Both the position numbers and the translations under genes were made by a program. The notes under the pieces are model-generated. The model did no database searches, had not been told where the DNA came from, and saw only the letters and a list, made by a program, of their open reading frames with translations. Of a stretch of DNA of 64,000 nt, positions 1 through 11,101 are shown in pieces. Source of the stretch: Phoronis australis (taxonomy: Eukaryota > Animalia > Phoronida); NCBI GenBank assembly GCA_002633005.1, contig NMRA01000011.1, forward strand, positions 377,395-441,394, given 5' to 3'. Each line of letters starts with the position of its first letter. Positions within the stretch are counted from its first letter, which is position 1.

Positions 1-645
1 TACTAGTACTAGTATTAGAACAAAAACTGAACAGCTGATCAAATTGAGGCTCTTCAAAATGATTCGGGTCCGATGTATGCTGACTGAGGTCAGTCACCCA
101 TCAGTGAATGCTCTAAACGTGTATACGAGTCATTGAACATTTCACAAACAGCACACTTACTGACTTATACTTGTCCATCGAAAGCCTGGTATTGTTCATT
201 TGTTGTAATGTTAACCTTCACGAGTTCGAACATTCAGTCTTGTCCTCATTGTTTCTCACCTATCGAACGAGTCGCTTACAGGTACTAGATTTGTTGGTAA
301 TGCCTCTTTTTGTACTGGCTAACACGTCTTTTTCTGAATCTCGTAGAGCAGGACGACTGCGTTTCGCCTTCGGACGTACACTTCATATCTCTACTTCTCC
401 CCGCCATTTGTATAAATTCTGTTGACCTCTAGATCTGTGGCTGCGCATGCGTTGTTGTAATGTTTATAATCAGTTTAGCGGTCGGGATACTAAATTCTTT
501 GTAAACATTTCATTCGTTTGTAGTAATTACAACGATTTTTTTCAAACTTTTTGCACAAGTTGAAAGTTAATAACTTTTTGAACTCCATATCACATCAAAA
601 AACCGGCTTAAACGGCGTTAAGAGGTTTTTTTCTTCTATAACTCG

Positions 646-661
646 GACCATAGGCCTTTAA
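646..661. mobile_element. Right terminus of a Kolobok-like non-autonomous DNA transposon (other end not seen, probably outside the window)
   Basis: GGACCATAGGCCT followed by TTAA. The reverse complement TTAA-AGGCCTATGGTCC fits the TTAA + RR terminus pattern of Kolobok elements. Confidence 0.3.
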
Positions 662-1126
662 TGAACAATGCATTTATTTTCGTTAAAATACTTAATTCAT
701 TTTTGATCACCTGTTTATGAATTTAAACCAGCAATGTTATTCTTAAGCCAATTAACAACCAGTTATTATCTTTTGAAGTGTGTGTAAATTTTTGTGACAT
801 CTTGTACATGAGAGAGATACATTTAGCTGTTATTATATCCTAGCAACAGTGTTCTAAAATCTGTAGTGCTTCCGGCTGGCTGGTACTTTTATAGTATAGA
901 AAACAGTTTTGTGGCTATCTTTAGACTAAGTGGTCCTCGGAGAGATATTCAGTAAAGTCTAGTGCAAGGTTCAAAAGAGAGGCGAAAATGCCAGCAGTTT
1001 CCCCGACTAAAACGATAGCCCACGCTAGCGCTTTAGTCATTCAGTCGAGCTGTCCGCGAAGGGTCCCCACCAGCAATTAGTTTGTTTCCTTACCACTCGA
1101 GTCGCTTTTAAGCGAAAACTGCCTCC

Positions 1127-1267
1127 CGTTCAGTAACGCTAGGACCTAGCTTAAAAGCAAGACTTTGCGAGATTACGCGTGATATTGCCGTGTATTTTAA
1201 ATAAGAGCACGTGACCTTGACTAGCTTTTGGCTAGGTCCTAGCGTAGGTCCTAGCGTCTACTGAACG
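1127..1267. mobile_element. Short MITE-like inverted-repeat element
   Basis: CGTTCAGTAACGCTAGGACCTAGC at 1127 is inverted by GCTAGGTCCTAGCGTAGGTCCTAGCGTCTACTGAACG at ~1231-1267. A further partial arm starts at ~1282. Confidence 0.5.
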
Positions 1268-1476
1268 CACGCCAGGTTAGGGTTCAGTAACGCCAGGACC
1301 TCGCTGAAAAGCAGTGCTGTAGACGTAAAATTAGAGGTAAGTAGGCTCCCAAAGCCCATCGTGTCGCCTTAAGCACAGAATTTTAAAAGTACATTGAACT
1401 CGCAAAACCTGACACACAGACATGTAGGCCTACCTTTTGACTCAGATTCGAGTGGAGATTTACATAGAGTCTATAG

Positions 1477-1635
1477 TGGAGGATGTCGGGAAAAGGGTTC
1501 AACCAAACATATTAGAAGGCAAAGGTCCGTGTGCAATCCAAGTGGTTTCTGAAGGGGCCCAAGCACAATTATAAAGGAATATAGGAGCGTAACACCCAGA
1601 AACGATATGTTGGCGGCGAATTTTAGTCGCCTCGG
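1477..1635 (+). pseudogene. Heavily decayed non-LTR retrotransposon reverse-transcriptase fragment
   Basis: The frame reads WRMSGKGFNQTY*KAKVRVQSKWFLKGPKHNYKGI*, resembling the LINE RT motif W..A.V..I.K.G.....NYRGI, with in-frame stops. Confidence 0.3.
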
Positions 1636-2470
1636 CGTCGGGTGTGTCCTCGGGGCCGGCCCAGAGCCTCCCCCCATCCCTCCCCGTCAACCTATGGTGG
1701 GACACCATAACTCTTTCTTTACCTTGCAATTTTAATAAAGAAAATCCATTACTCGACGAGCATACGTGTATGCCTGGTGGTCGCGCGCAGAAATGTTTGG
1801 CAACCCGCCAACGTAGCGCATTGACGCCGTAAGCTATCGTATTGAGACTACGCCCCACTATACCTTCACTTATGGCGCGTAGACGCTACGTTAAAATGTA
1901 AAACTGTGGTTGGCTGCAACTGCGAGCGCTTACGCCCGTAACTTGCGGTGGGTAGGCGCTGCGTTAAAAAGCAAAAAGGTGGTTTGCTGCGCGTACGTGC
2001 GCCTACGCCCCACTGTACGGCACTCACTGAAAAGAAAGACTTCGCGAGATTACAGGAAATATTACCGTTCATTTTGAATGAGAACACCTGATTTTGGCTA
2101 GATGAAAGCGTTCACTCTCTCGTCTTTATGCCATTGCGACGATAAAACTGAAGGCTTTTATTCCTGCGCATGCGCGTCTTTTGATGTAAGCCTTATGGCT
2201 ACAAAAATGCTAGTAAAAGCACCGGCAAAAATTTGCCTTACGCTGTTACATTGCTTGAGTCTTCGTTATTGTCGGAAGTGCTTGTGAAAACGATAGCGTT
2301 TTAGCCAGCATGTGAACCGGATTTGAAAAACGTCACTTGGTTATTGTTACCGGTACGATATTGTAAACGAAAAAACAACTCCTCTATTTACTTTAAACAG
2401 TATTTACATCTCTTAAAAATATTTACAATCACTTAGCAAGTTACACAAAATATGGAACACAAACAATATT

Positions 2471-2627
2471 CTGTGGCGGATTTAGGGGGCAAGTGGGCCA
2501 TGCCCCCTCCCCCTAAAATTCTCCCAGATTCCACTTGGCAGTTGGGGGTTGCGAATGTTTGACGGGAAAAATCCTGGCTAATACTCTGCCTTGGCCCCCT
2601 TAACTCAAAATCCTAGGCCCGACCCTG
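2471..2627 (+). mobile_element. hAT-like MITE family A, copy 1
   Basis: Degenerate CAGTGGCGGAT...GGATCCGCCCCTG termini. The body (CCCAGATTCCAYTTGGCAGTT...AAATCCTGGCTAATACTCTGCC...ACTCAAAATCC) is shared with the copies at 9.3k, 19.4k, 22.7k, 45.0k and 45.2k. Confidence 0.75.
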
Positions 2628-3724
2628 ATACAGGGACGAAGGCTGGGACGAACCGACTTGCGGTGTCTCGAGTCACCGTCATCATCTATAGACCATGGGC
2701 CGTAGGCCACAGGATGCCTCGAAAACCACTTCTGTGACCACTTTAGGGGGGCAACTTAATTCAAGTGTTTTTGATGTCACAAAACATTGTACTTTATGAA
2801 TCAAAAAAGTTCCCGCGTTTAAACAGTTGATGTTAAATTTGTGCCAATTCAGCAAATTCTACATGGAATTTAAAAAAGTTAGAAAAGAAGAAAATTAAGT
2901 GTCTATAAGAGATGATACTACAAATAATATTCCTACAGGTTGTATTAAGTCATAAAAACGCATACTTTGTTATATTTTTTCAATTAAAATGTAGAATTAT
3001 GGAAGAAATGTGAATTTATGGGTGCCCCACGGCGGCTTCCCACTAAATGTTACAGACGAGTTTCACGCACAATAGACGTAGCTGTCTACACAGTTGATTG
3101 AATACACTCGGCACATCAGCAAACACTTGCTCAACAGTTTGACGACTTATAAACAGCCACTAGAATGTTCAGCACCAGTCTCATTAATAGTTTATCAGAG
3201 TTAATTTGCGACAATCTCCACTCACTTCCGCACCTCGTTACAGACCAAGTTGGCCGGTCAACAACTGAACATTGGGTAAAACCCATAACTGACAGTAACA
3301 GTTATGCTTATTTTCTTTGGGATATTCTTATATAACATTAACTGTAAGCTTACAAACTTCTTGATCTGGTCCAAAACACTATTGATTTTTAATGGTGTTA
3401 TTGTTGTCTTTAAAACGCCACTGAAACCATTGTTAACTTGCTGTTAGCCTACTCACACAGCAGACGATTCTCTCTTTCCCACTGCGCATGCGCTGATGTT
3501 TATTCGTAGAATGAATGCTAGATTCACATGAATGGCGAACATGCTAGCAGGTTAAACGATACCGAAAACGTTAGCGTTTAAGCCTGACAGACGAGCTGTC
3601 CGCGAAATGGTCATTTTCAGGACAGCAGTGTGATTCCTCATCAACTGATCGCAAAGCACGCTCACTCTTTGCCATCGCGACAACAAAACAAAAGTTTCTT
3701 ACGGTTCATGCATTTTCATTGAAT

Positions 3725-5135
3725 AGCGGAGTTGCAACTGAATCGATTTAACGATTGCGCATGTCCGGAAATTAGGGTGCGCAAAGGCTACTGGGATTGT
3801 TGATGGTAAACGGGATGGCCGACTGGTTTGCACGACGTGTAATTTGTGTGCATTAAACTACGCTGCTGTATGTAATTCTGCCGCTATTCGCCCTAATTAG
3901 CGCCCATGGCTCAACAAGTGCCCCAACGCGTTTTCAGACTTTGCTAAAGTAAGCGCCCAGCCCATGAACTACATGCGAAAAATGCCCTTACCTACAGTTC
4001 TAACGTCTCCAATTTATCAATTGAAAGATCCGACAGCCTGAATTTGTAACGGACCACGAGCCTCACCNNNNNNNNNNNNNNNNNNNNNNNNNNNNNNNNN
4101 NNNNNNNNNNNNNNNNNNNNNNNNNNNNNNNNNNNNNNNNNNNNNNNNNNNNNNNNNNNNNNNNNNNNNNNNNNNNNNNNNNNNNNNNNNNNNNNNNNNN
4201 NNNNNNNNNNNNNNNNNNNNNNNNNNNNNNNNNNNNNNNNNNNNNNNNNNNNNNNNNNNNNNNNNNNNNNNNNNNNNNNNNNNNNNNNNNNNNNNNNNNN
4301 NNNNNNNNNNNNNNNNNNNNNNNNNNNNNNNNNNNNNNNNNNNNNNNNNNNNNNNNNNNNNNNNNNNNNNNNNNNNNNNNNNNNNNNNNNNNNNNNNNNN
4401 NNNNNNNNNNNNNNNNNNNNNNNNNNNNNNNNNNNNNNNNNNNNNNNNNNNNNNNNNNNNNNNNNNNNNNNNNNNNNNNNNNNNNNNNNNNNNNNNNNNN
4501 NNNNNNNNNNNNNNNNNNNNNNNNNNNNNNNNNNNNNNNNNNNNNNNNNNNNNNNNNNNNNNNNNNNNNNNNNNNNNNNNNNNNNNNNNNNNNNNNNNNN
4601 NNNNNNNNNNNNNNNNNNNNNNNNNNNNNNNNNNNNNNNNNNNNNNNNNNNNNNNNNNNNNNNNNNNNNNNNNNNNNNNNNNNNNNNNNNNNNNNNNNNN
4701 NNNNNNNNNNNNNNNNNNNNNNNNNNNNNNNNNNNNNNNACTACCAACCGCCGTGGAGTATTTGTTACTGTTTCTTTGAAGGGAGATATTGTTGGGCAGT
4801 TTCTAAGATACGTTTTCTTGCCGCCCTCAAAATGAGCGCTGCACACTTTATGCTACGAAGTCGGAAAGAATTCACGAAGTCGGCCTTTGCTACCAGCTCT
4901 ACCGATGTCTCTGACCCATGTTTAACGCAGTTCTTGATCCTTGGGAAACAGGTAGTAACTAATTTTTTTATTTCGCTAACTGGTATTATAGCATGCCAGG
5001 CACACAACACGTATAACCTCCCCGTAGCCCGTTCGCCCGCACGGTTGCCAACATACTTGTTTACTGAAGTTTACCATTGTAACCACAATGCAACATTCTG
5101 ACCCATTTCCAATATGGCGGCGTTGCAACTCCGCT
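3725..5135 (-). mobile_element. ISL2EU/Harbinger-like DNA transposon, defective, with THAP-domain remnant
   Basis: Perfect 14-bp TIR AGCGGAGTTGCAAC (3725-3738 and 5122-5135) flanked by AT on both sides. Contains a THAP pseudo-ORF and spans the 672-N gap. Confidence 0.8.
4740..5054 (-). pseudogene. THAP zinc-finger N-terminus of a transposon protein, disrupted
   Basis: MLATVRANGLRGGYTCCVPG/CYNTS*RNKKISYYLFPKDQELR*TWVRDIGRAG...PTS*HKVCSAHFEGGKKTYLRNCPTISPF matches THAP C-x4-C...FP...W...CSxHF...PT, with one frameshift and three stops. Confidence 0.85.
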
Positions 5136-8100
5136 ATTAAGCGGTCGGGCTATCGGTGCTAACGAAAACGTCAGCGTTAGACGAGCTTTCCGCGAAGGAG
5201 TCATTCCGCTTGCAGTTAGTATGTTTCATCATCACCCGAGTCACTTCAAGCGAAAAGTGATATCGAAACAAGTTCCCCGTCTGACATAAATAAATTGGTT
5301 ATTGATACGATATACAAAGGCTTCGTACCCCTGCGCACGTGTGCCCTCGGAGGTAGGCACTCTGGCTACAAGCGTGCCCGCCAAAACACCAACAAAGCAG
5401 CGGCAAAAGTGGCACTTGTAACCTCTCACATAACTGGTCGTTTTGCTACTTGACGAAACATGTTTAAAGACATAGTTTCACACCAAAACTACTGTTTTTC
5501 AACACAAAGAATAGCACCGTGTGAATATGGTTGCACAGGGCAGTTCTTGTCCGCACAGCTTGGATGAAAAACCCAGCTGTAATTCGTGATGTTAGACCAG
5601 GCAGACAGCTATGTATTGCAAATGGCTGTATAGGCAGTCAACCCTTCAAAACTTTGCTTGCTTCATGTGATAATTCCTTTCAACTCCATTTGCTGGCATA
5701 ACTAAATTGTTTTTTGCCAACGAGATGTAAAGACCAGTGTATCACAAGATAATAAAGCCTAATACAAAATATTACAGTTTTAATTTTTTCATTTTCAGCA
5801 GTGAGTAGGAAGGATGTCACCTTTTAATTTAACCACATATATTTTAATTGAAATTTGAGTGGAGGTGGCAATCTCAATGACAGAATTACCAGATTACTTG
5901 AAATGGAAGTCTTCTGAACTTGGTTTTTAAATTCATGTGTTAATCTATTGAAATAATAATAAATCCAAGCCATCAAGAAATATTACCTGAAGATGCCAGC
6001 CGTGAACATATTATTTCAGGCGTTCAGTATGGCAAGCTAATTCTATCATGCTTTGGTCACAGAGTCATAGAAATGAAAGAACAAATCAGAGTACGATTAT
6101 GATTTAATCCACAGTTCAAATTAAAATCAAATGCTTTCAGTCGGAATTATATATTTGGTTTCAGTCTACAGTGACAGACTTCCAAGGTGATTGAAGGTTA
6201 CATCTACTGTACATAAGTTAAAATGAAATAATCTCAGCACAGTAAATTTGATATGTAAGCCAAAATGTTCTAATCTTTTACCAAAATAAGTAACCTGGAA
6301 TGCACAATACTTTAGAACATTTAAGCATTGCAAACGTTATCAAACAACACGACAAATTTACATGATATGAAAGTGGATATGCCTAACCATGGCGACCAGG
6401 TGTTCCTTACACTAGAATTCGGCGAGCATGATTTGAAAAAATAAGAAATTGCCTGGAAAAAGGATTGGAGGCTGGAAGCTTCACAATCCAACATAGGCTA
6501 TTACTCTAATGAAGAGTCTTTACATCTTGTTGCCTTGATAACTTGAATTAAGAAAGCAACAAGTTACAACGCATGTATTAAAAGAACGATTCATACGTAA
6601 AATTTAGAAAATATAAATTATGTTGTGTCACTGTGACACGTAATCAAACCTTGAAGGGCAATTGACTTTCAAAGAAAAAACGATATCAAAACCTTTTCAA
6701 CTATTTCTAAGCTCAGTGTATGGTCAACTGAATGGGATATTAACACTACAATAATTAGAATATTCCTCATATTTTTTGCACAAAAACATAAACATAAACA
6801 TTGTGCAAAGTTGCTTTTTATAGCAGCTTTCATCAAAATTTACCAAAGTTAAATCTTCACCAAGTACAAAATAGCCAATTGAACATGCCTTTCAGTTCAC
6901 CGTAAGTCGTCATGTTGTTGGTACTGCCGGAAATGAGACGAAGTCCAACGGGAATTGTGAGCACTTTTATCACTCAATAAGTAACATCTCCGTGGCTGAA
7001 ATCAAGTGAGAACATGACTATCCCATTCGACGGTATTCTCCTTTTTTTAGCGTCACGTGATTTGATGCATTATGCGCAGATCGACTTGAAACACCTTCGA
7101 CTGTTTGAGACTAAGAAATTATCCAAATTGTTCTGGAAGTATCTGCTCTTGTGCGAACTTGAGTCACAAGGAAACCTGGAGTACCGGTTGACCGTATGTC
7201 GGACTGAAGTGTGCACACGATCGTTCACCTCCGACTGGAGGGGAAATTTGAGACTCATAAAATGCCGGAGGTGACCAAAAGCAGTATACACGGAGTGTGA
7301 CCTGACAAAAAGAGCTGTCGTTACGACATCAACATAGTATTAAACGGAAACAACAACAATTATATTGTTGACAACAACAATTATATTGTTGTTGTGATCA
7401 CTAGGTGATGGGAGGGCCAGTCGTCTTCACTTGACGTCAATTTTATGACGAATTACGAGTCAAATGAGTTTGGAATCGCTTAGTCGTTCCCACTAGAAAC
7501 TAGTTTAGGTAAGTTGAAACTTATAAGAAACAAAGCGCTGTTGTTCTAGAAAAACAATTACGAATATTTATTGTCCATAGAAAACTTTAGAGTAGTGCTC
7601 ATTGCAGTGATCTTAATTGAATAATTTGTTGGGAGCATTTTGCTTTTAGAGGATTTCACAAATCATTAACATTCCAATCTGGTAGACAATCCAATTCGTT
7701 TCCAGTCACTATCTACTTGTTTTGTACGAAGCAAAACTGAGCGTTGTCGTGAATAATCGGCGCCACTCAAAAGCAGCCTGATTATCAAAATGTGCATGCC
7801 AAGCTCGTGAAACGAAATTCCACAAATAAACTATTAGCATAAGGAAATACTCCCAACTGGCAAACACACACTTTCGAGCAAAACGTTAACTTTAATTTCA
7901 TGAGTGCCCATAAACATTTACCGTCCGTGCCAGAAAATACAAAAGCACTCTAAGAAGTTTTGGAATAAAATGATACATATAAAAACGGATAAATTAATAA
8001 CCTTCGTGTAAACGCACAGTGCCACCTTGGGGCGTAACGTCACAAAATGAACAAATATACTGGTGGAGATAATAAAAAACAAAAAGTGATGGTTAGTCCG

Positions 8101-8541
8101 TAAATTCGTATCTACCAAGAATTCATCTGAGACATTTTAATCTAATTTTACACGCGGGAAATGAAATGATCAATGGGCATTGCAGAAACTTAGCATTTAC
8201 TTGTGAGTCCTATTCACGGTCACTCACCACTTTTCACAAAACGAGCGTCGAAAAATGTTTTTCTGCGTTCAATAGGTAGACCTGGTAGGTATCTGGGATA
8301 ACGCTCATTTGATCACGTGAGATATAGTTTGCTTGGTTGAGTATCGGAGTTCATAATTTTCGGTTTAGGTAAAGAATCAAAGAGCATTGTCTCATTTTAA
8401 GTAACGTTGCATTGTTTATTTTACATCAAATCTATAGCTAGTCTAATTTTATATTGTTCGCTTTGATCAGCATAATTCAAAGCGTTCGTAAGTTATTTAC
8501 ATGTATATTGTCCGTCTTAATGTGCTTGGGTGTTTATTTAA

Positions 8542-9023
8542 AGAGTTATGGAACGCAAAAGCTCATAAAAAATATCTTAAACAATTACTGACGAAAATAC
8601 CATCTCGCAACTTCTAGAACAGAGTAATTTACTCTCCCCTGTGGGGAAATTTCCAAAAAAATCACCCACTTATGATAAATACGCGCATGCGCTCACGGTC
8701 AGTTCCTTAAAGCCGCTTGATGTCAAAGGTTACGTTTTCCATATTAGGGAAATGAGCTATGTCTATGTCTATGTCTTGCCATACCAAATATGGAGGCGCG
8801 CTTTGCCTTGCGGGAGAAGAATCGGGGAAGTGGCAAGCATTTGACAAATATTTTTTCTTTTTGAAATTTGGAAATAAACAAAAAATTCATTGATATCAAC
8901 AGAAATTAAAAATCTTTACAAAAAACCCTGAAAATACCCGGTGAGCAGGTTGAATTCTGTTTCATTGGCAGAGAACCACTTTCAATGTTGCAATTTATTT
9001 TGCTTATCGCGTTCCAGGCCTCT
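8542..9023. mobile_element. Kolobok-like MITE
   Basis: TTAA on both flanks (8538-8541, 9024-9027). Imperfect TIRs AGAGTTATGGAACGC vs AGAGGCCTGGAACGC. Internal GCGCATGCGC motif. Confidence 0.6.
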
Positions 9024-9272
9024 TTAAGGTTCAATAAATAAACGTGCACCACCTGTCAAATACCAACTTTTCATTTCGGCCACTTACTGTTATAAAGTCT
9101 GTCTCATCTTGTTCCTTATTGAGCTTAGAAATGATTTCTAGGTTTAATAGTTCGTCATTGATTTAAACCTGGGCCTGGGAAGTGATGAAACTCCCGAGTA
9201 AAGGCATTAGGAACGTCACAAGAATTCCAGCTGAGGTGGTGTCATAACCAATTCATAGGGATAAAACGGGGG

Positions 9273-9344
9273 GGGGGGGGGNAAATCCTGGATAATACCC
9301 TGCCCTGCCCCCCCCCCCAACTCAAAATCCTGGATCCGCCCCTG
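9273..9344 (+). mobile_element. hAT-like MITE family A, partial copy at a single-n join
   Basis: AAATCCTGGATAATACCCTGCCC...ACTCAAAATCCTGGATCCGCCCCTG. Confidence 0.7.
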
Positions 9345-11101
9345 GTTTTCATGACTTACAACTGTACGTACGCGTACGTTTTCCTCCGATTACGTCATTC
9401 TGGAACCCAAATTGTAATTTCAGTTCAAACATGGAATCTTAGGGCTTTTAAAGAATAGGTATGTTTGTAAAGAAAGTTAATTTTTAACACCGAAACATTT
9501 TATAGCTAGTCTACACTCGTATTTACCAGGAGATTGTCATTAAGGTGTACGCGTTCAATATTTTTTCGCCCACATCATGATCGTCAACAAAAAGCAAATT
9601 AAGTAAAATGATTAATATTATTAGCCAGTATTACACATGCATCTCTCTCAAAACAAAATCCATAAACCCCCAGATTATTTTTCGCAGACGGCTTTTCAAT
9701 CTACATATGTAATATCAAACTGGTGACGATTGAAGGAAGATGCGTTCACCACGAGTATGTTGAACTCGCCAATGAGCTGCTGGAGTCGCATTCGCGCACA
9801 TTCAATAATTAATTTTTGTCCTAATGAATGTTTATACGTGAATTGTCGAATGAAATTCATATCACAAAGAAACAATCCATCATAAGACGCAGTGGTGTTA
9901 TCCACATGATGCTTGACTGTTCCTGGTTGCAATTAATTTAGCAATACTTTCCAGTTTGCCGCCTTGTTGTAATGATGTTTATATTAAGAAGTTAATTTTA
10001 CCATTTGCATACCATTTGTGAGATGACTTACCAATGAATTTGTGCTGGAGAATTAACAAGAATTACGCCGTTCTGGGCCTGCCAGTTCGGAGAAACAATT
10101 GTAAAAGTCTCCGTTTCTTGAAAAAAAAAATCATTCTCGGTCGTGTTTAGAATGTACATGCAGATTTGATGACGTTTTGTTTGCTACTTCTCTATACGTA
10201 GAGGATAATCTATTGTATCTTTTAGTAGATGATGTCGATTCGTGAAGAAGGAAATCTTGTTGCCTAATGTCTAACTTACTGTGTGGCTGCGCTCCGGTGC
10301 AGTCATTAACATTTGACGAAATCGTTTCAACCTTATGCGCTCGTCTCTAAATCTCTTATGTTAGGAAATTAAGTGCTGGCTAAGGAGAAGTTAATGCAAA
10401 TAGGTTAAATAAGTAGATTATTGGGTGAAATTTGAAATACTTTCTTCTCCTGAAGCTTTGCACCCTCTCAGCAAGCAACGTGAATCCCGCGGGAACTCCC
10501 GTCATTTTGACGGAGGGTGAGTGCGCAACTAGCAAATGACGGTACTGCCATTTTATACCGTCGACAATGCAAAATGACCCATCAGTGTATCCATTTTCTA
10601 CGCAATGGTCACCATTTCGAAAAGTTTTGTGTCCGTAACATAAAAATTTTGTATTTTACAACAATTACTTTTATTTCAATTAACCTAACAAAGCATATAA
10701 CTCTGACTGAATCTCAAAGTTGAACTTTTCCTAGAAGGAATGCAAACGCGGGTGTAGGCGGGTTTGGAGGACGGGGGGTGGGGCAAAAATATAAAACGGT
10801 ATCGGCATGCCGTTTTAGGGGTTCTTCAGATGATTTCCTTTCACACGTATGAGAGCGACATCTCGTGTACACCTCCTGTATGAGTCTATTCCCGATCTTC
10901 ACCGAACAACTAGAACGAGCTCTTGACAGATTTCATTGGTCGAGCTGAAAACCACTAAAGTAACACTTGCCCGTAGCCTCCCCCTACGCTGAACATGCCC
11001 GTGCGCCAGCGGTAACAGAAGCAAAATCATTACTTTTAAAAATAAATGTCAATAAAATTTCAATTTAAAAAATGTTTGATCATTATCTGATTTATTTCCA
11101 G

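Noticed and set aside
260-407. First coding exon of a minus-strand gene (MAGRSRDMK...)
   Set aside because: An in-frame stop precedes the candidate donor, and the region appears to lie inside a Kolobok-like element.
1471-1677. ORF containing LKFAANISFL, resembling the hydroxypyruvate isomerase N-terminus
   Set aside because: Similarity stops after 10 residues and no further exons were found; the opposite strand fits a decayed LINE RT better.
3992-4846. 284-aa ORF in the ORF track
   Set aside because: Mostly X from the N-gap; the real part is the tail of the broken THAP domain.
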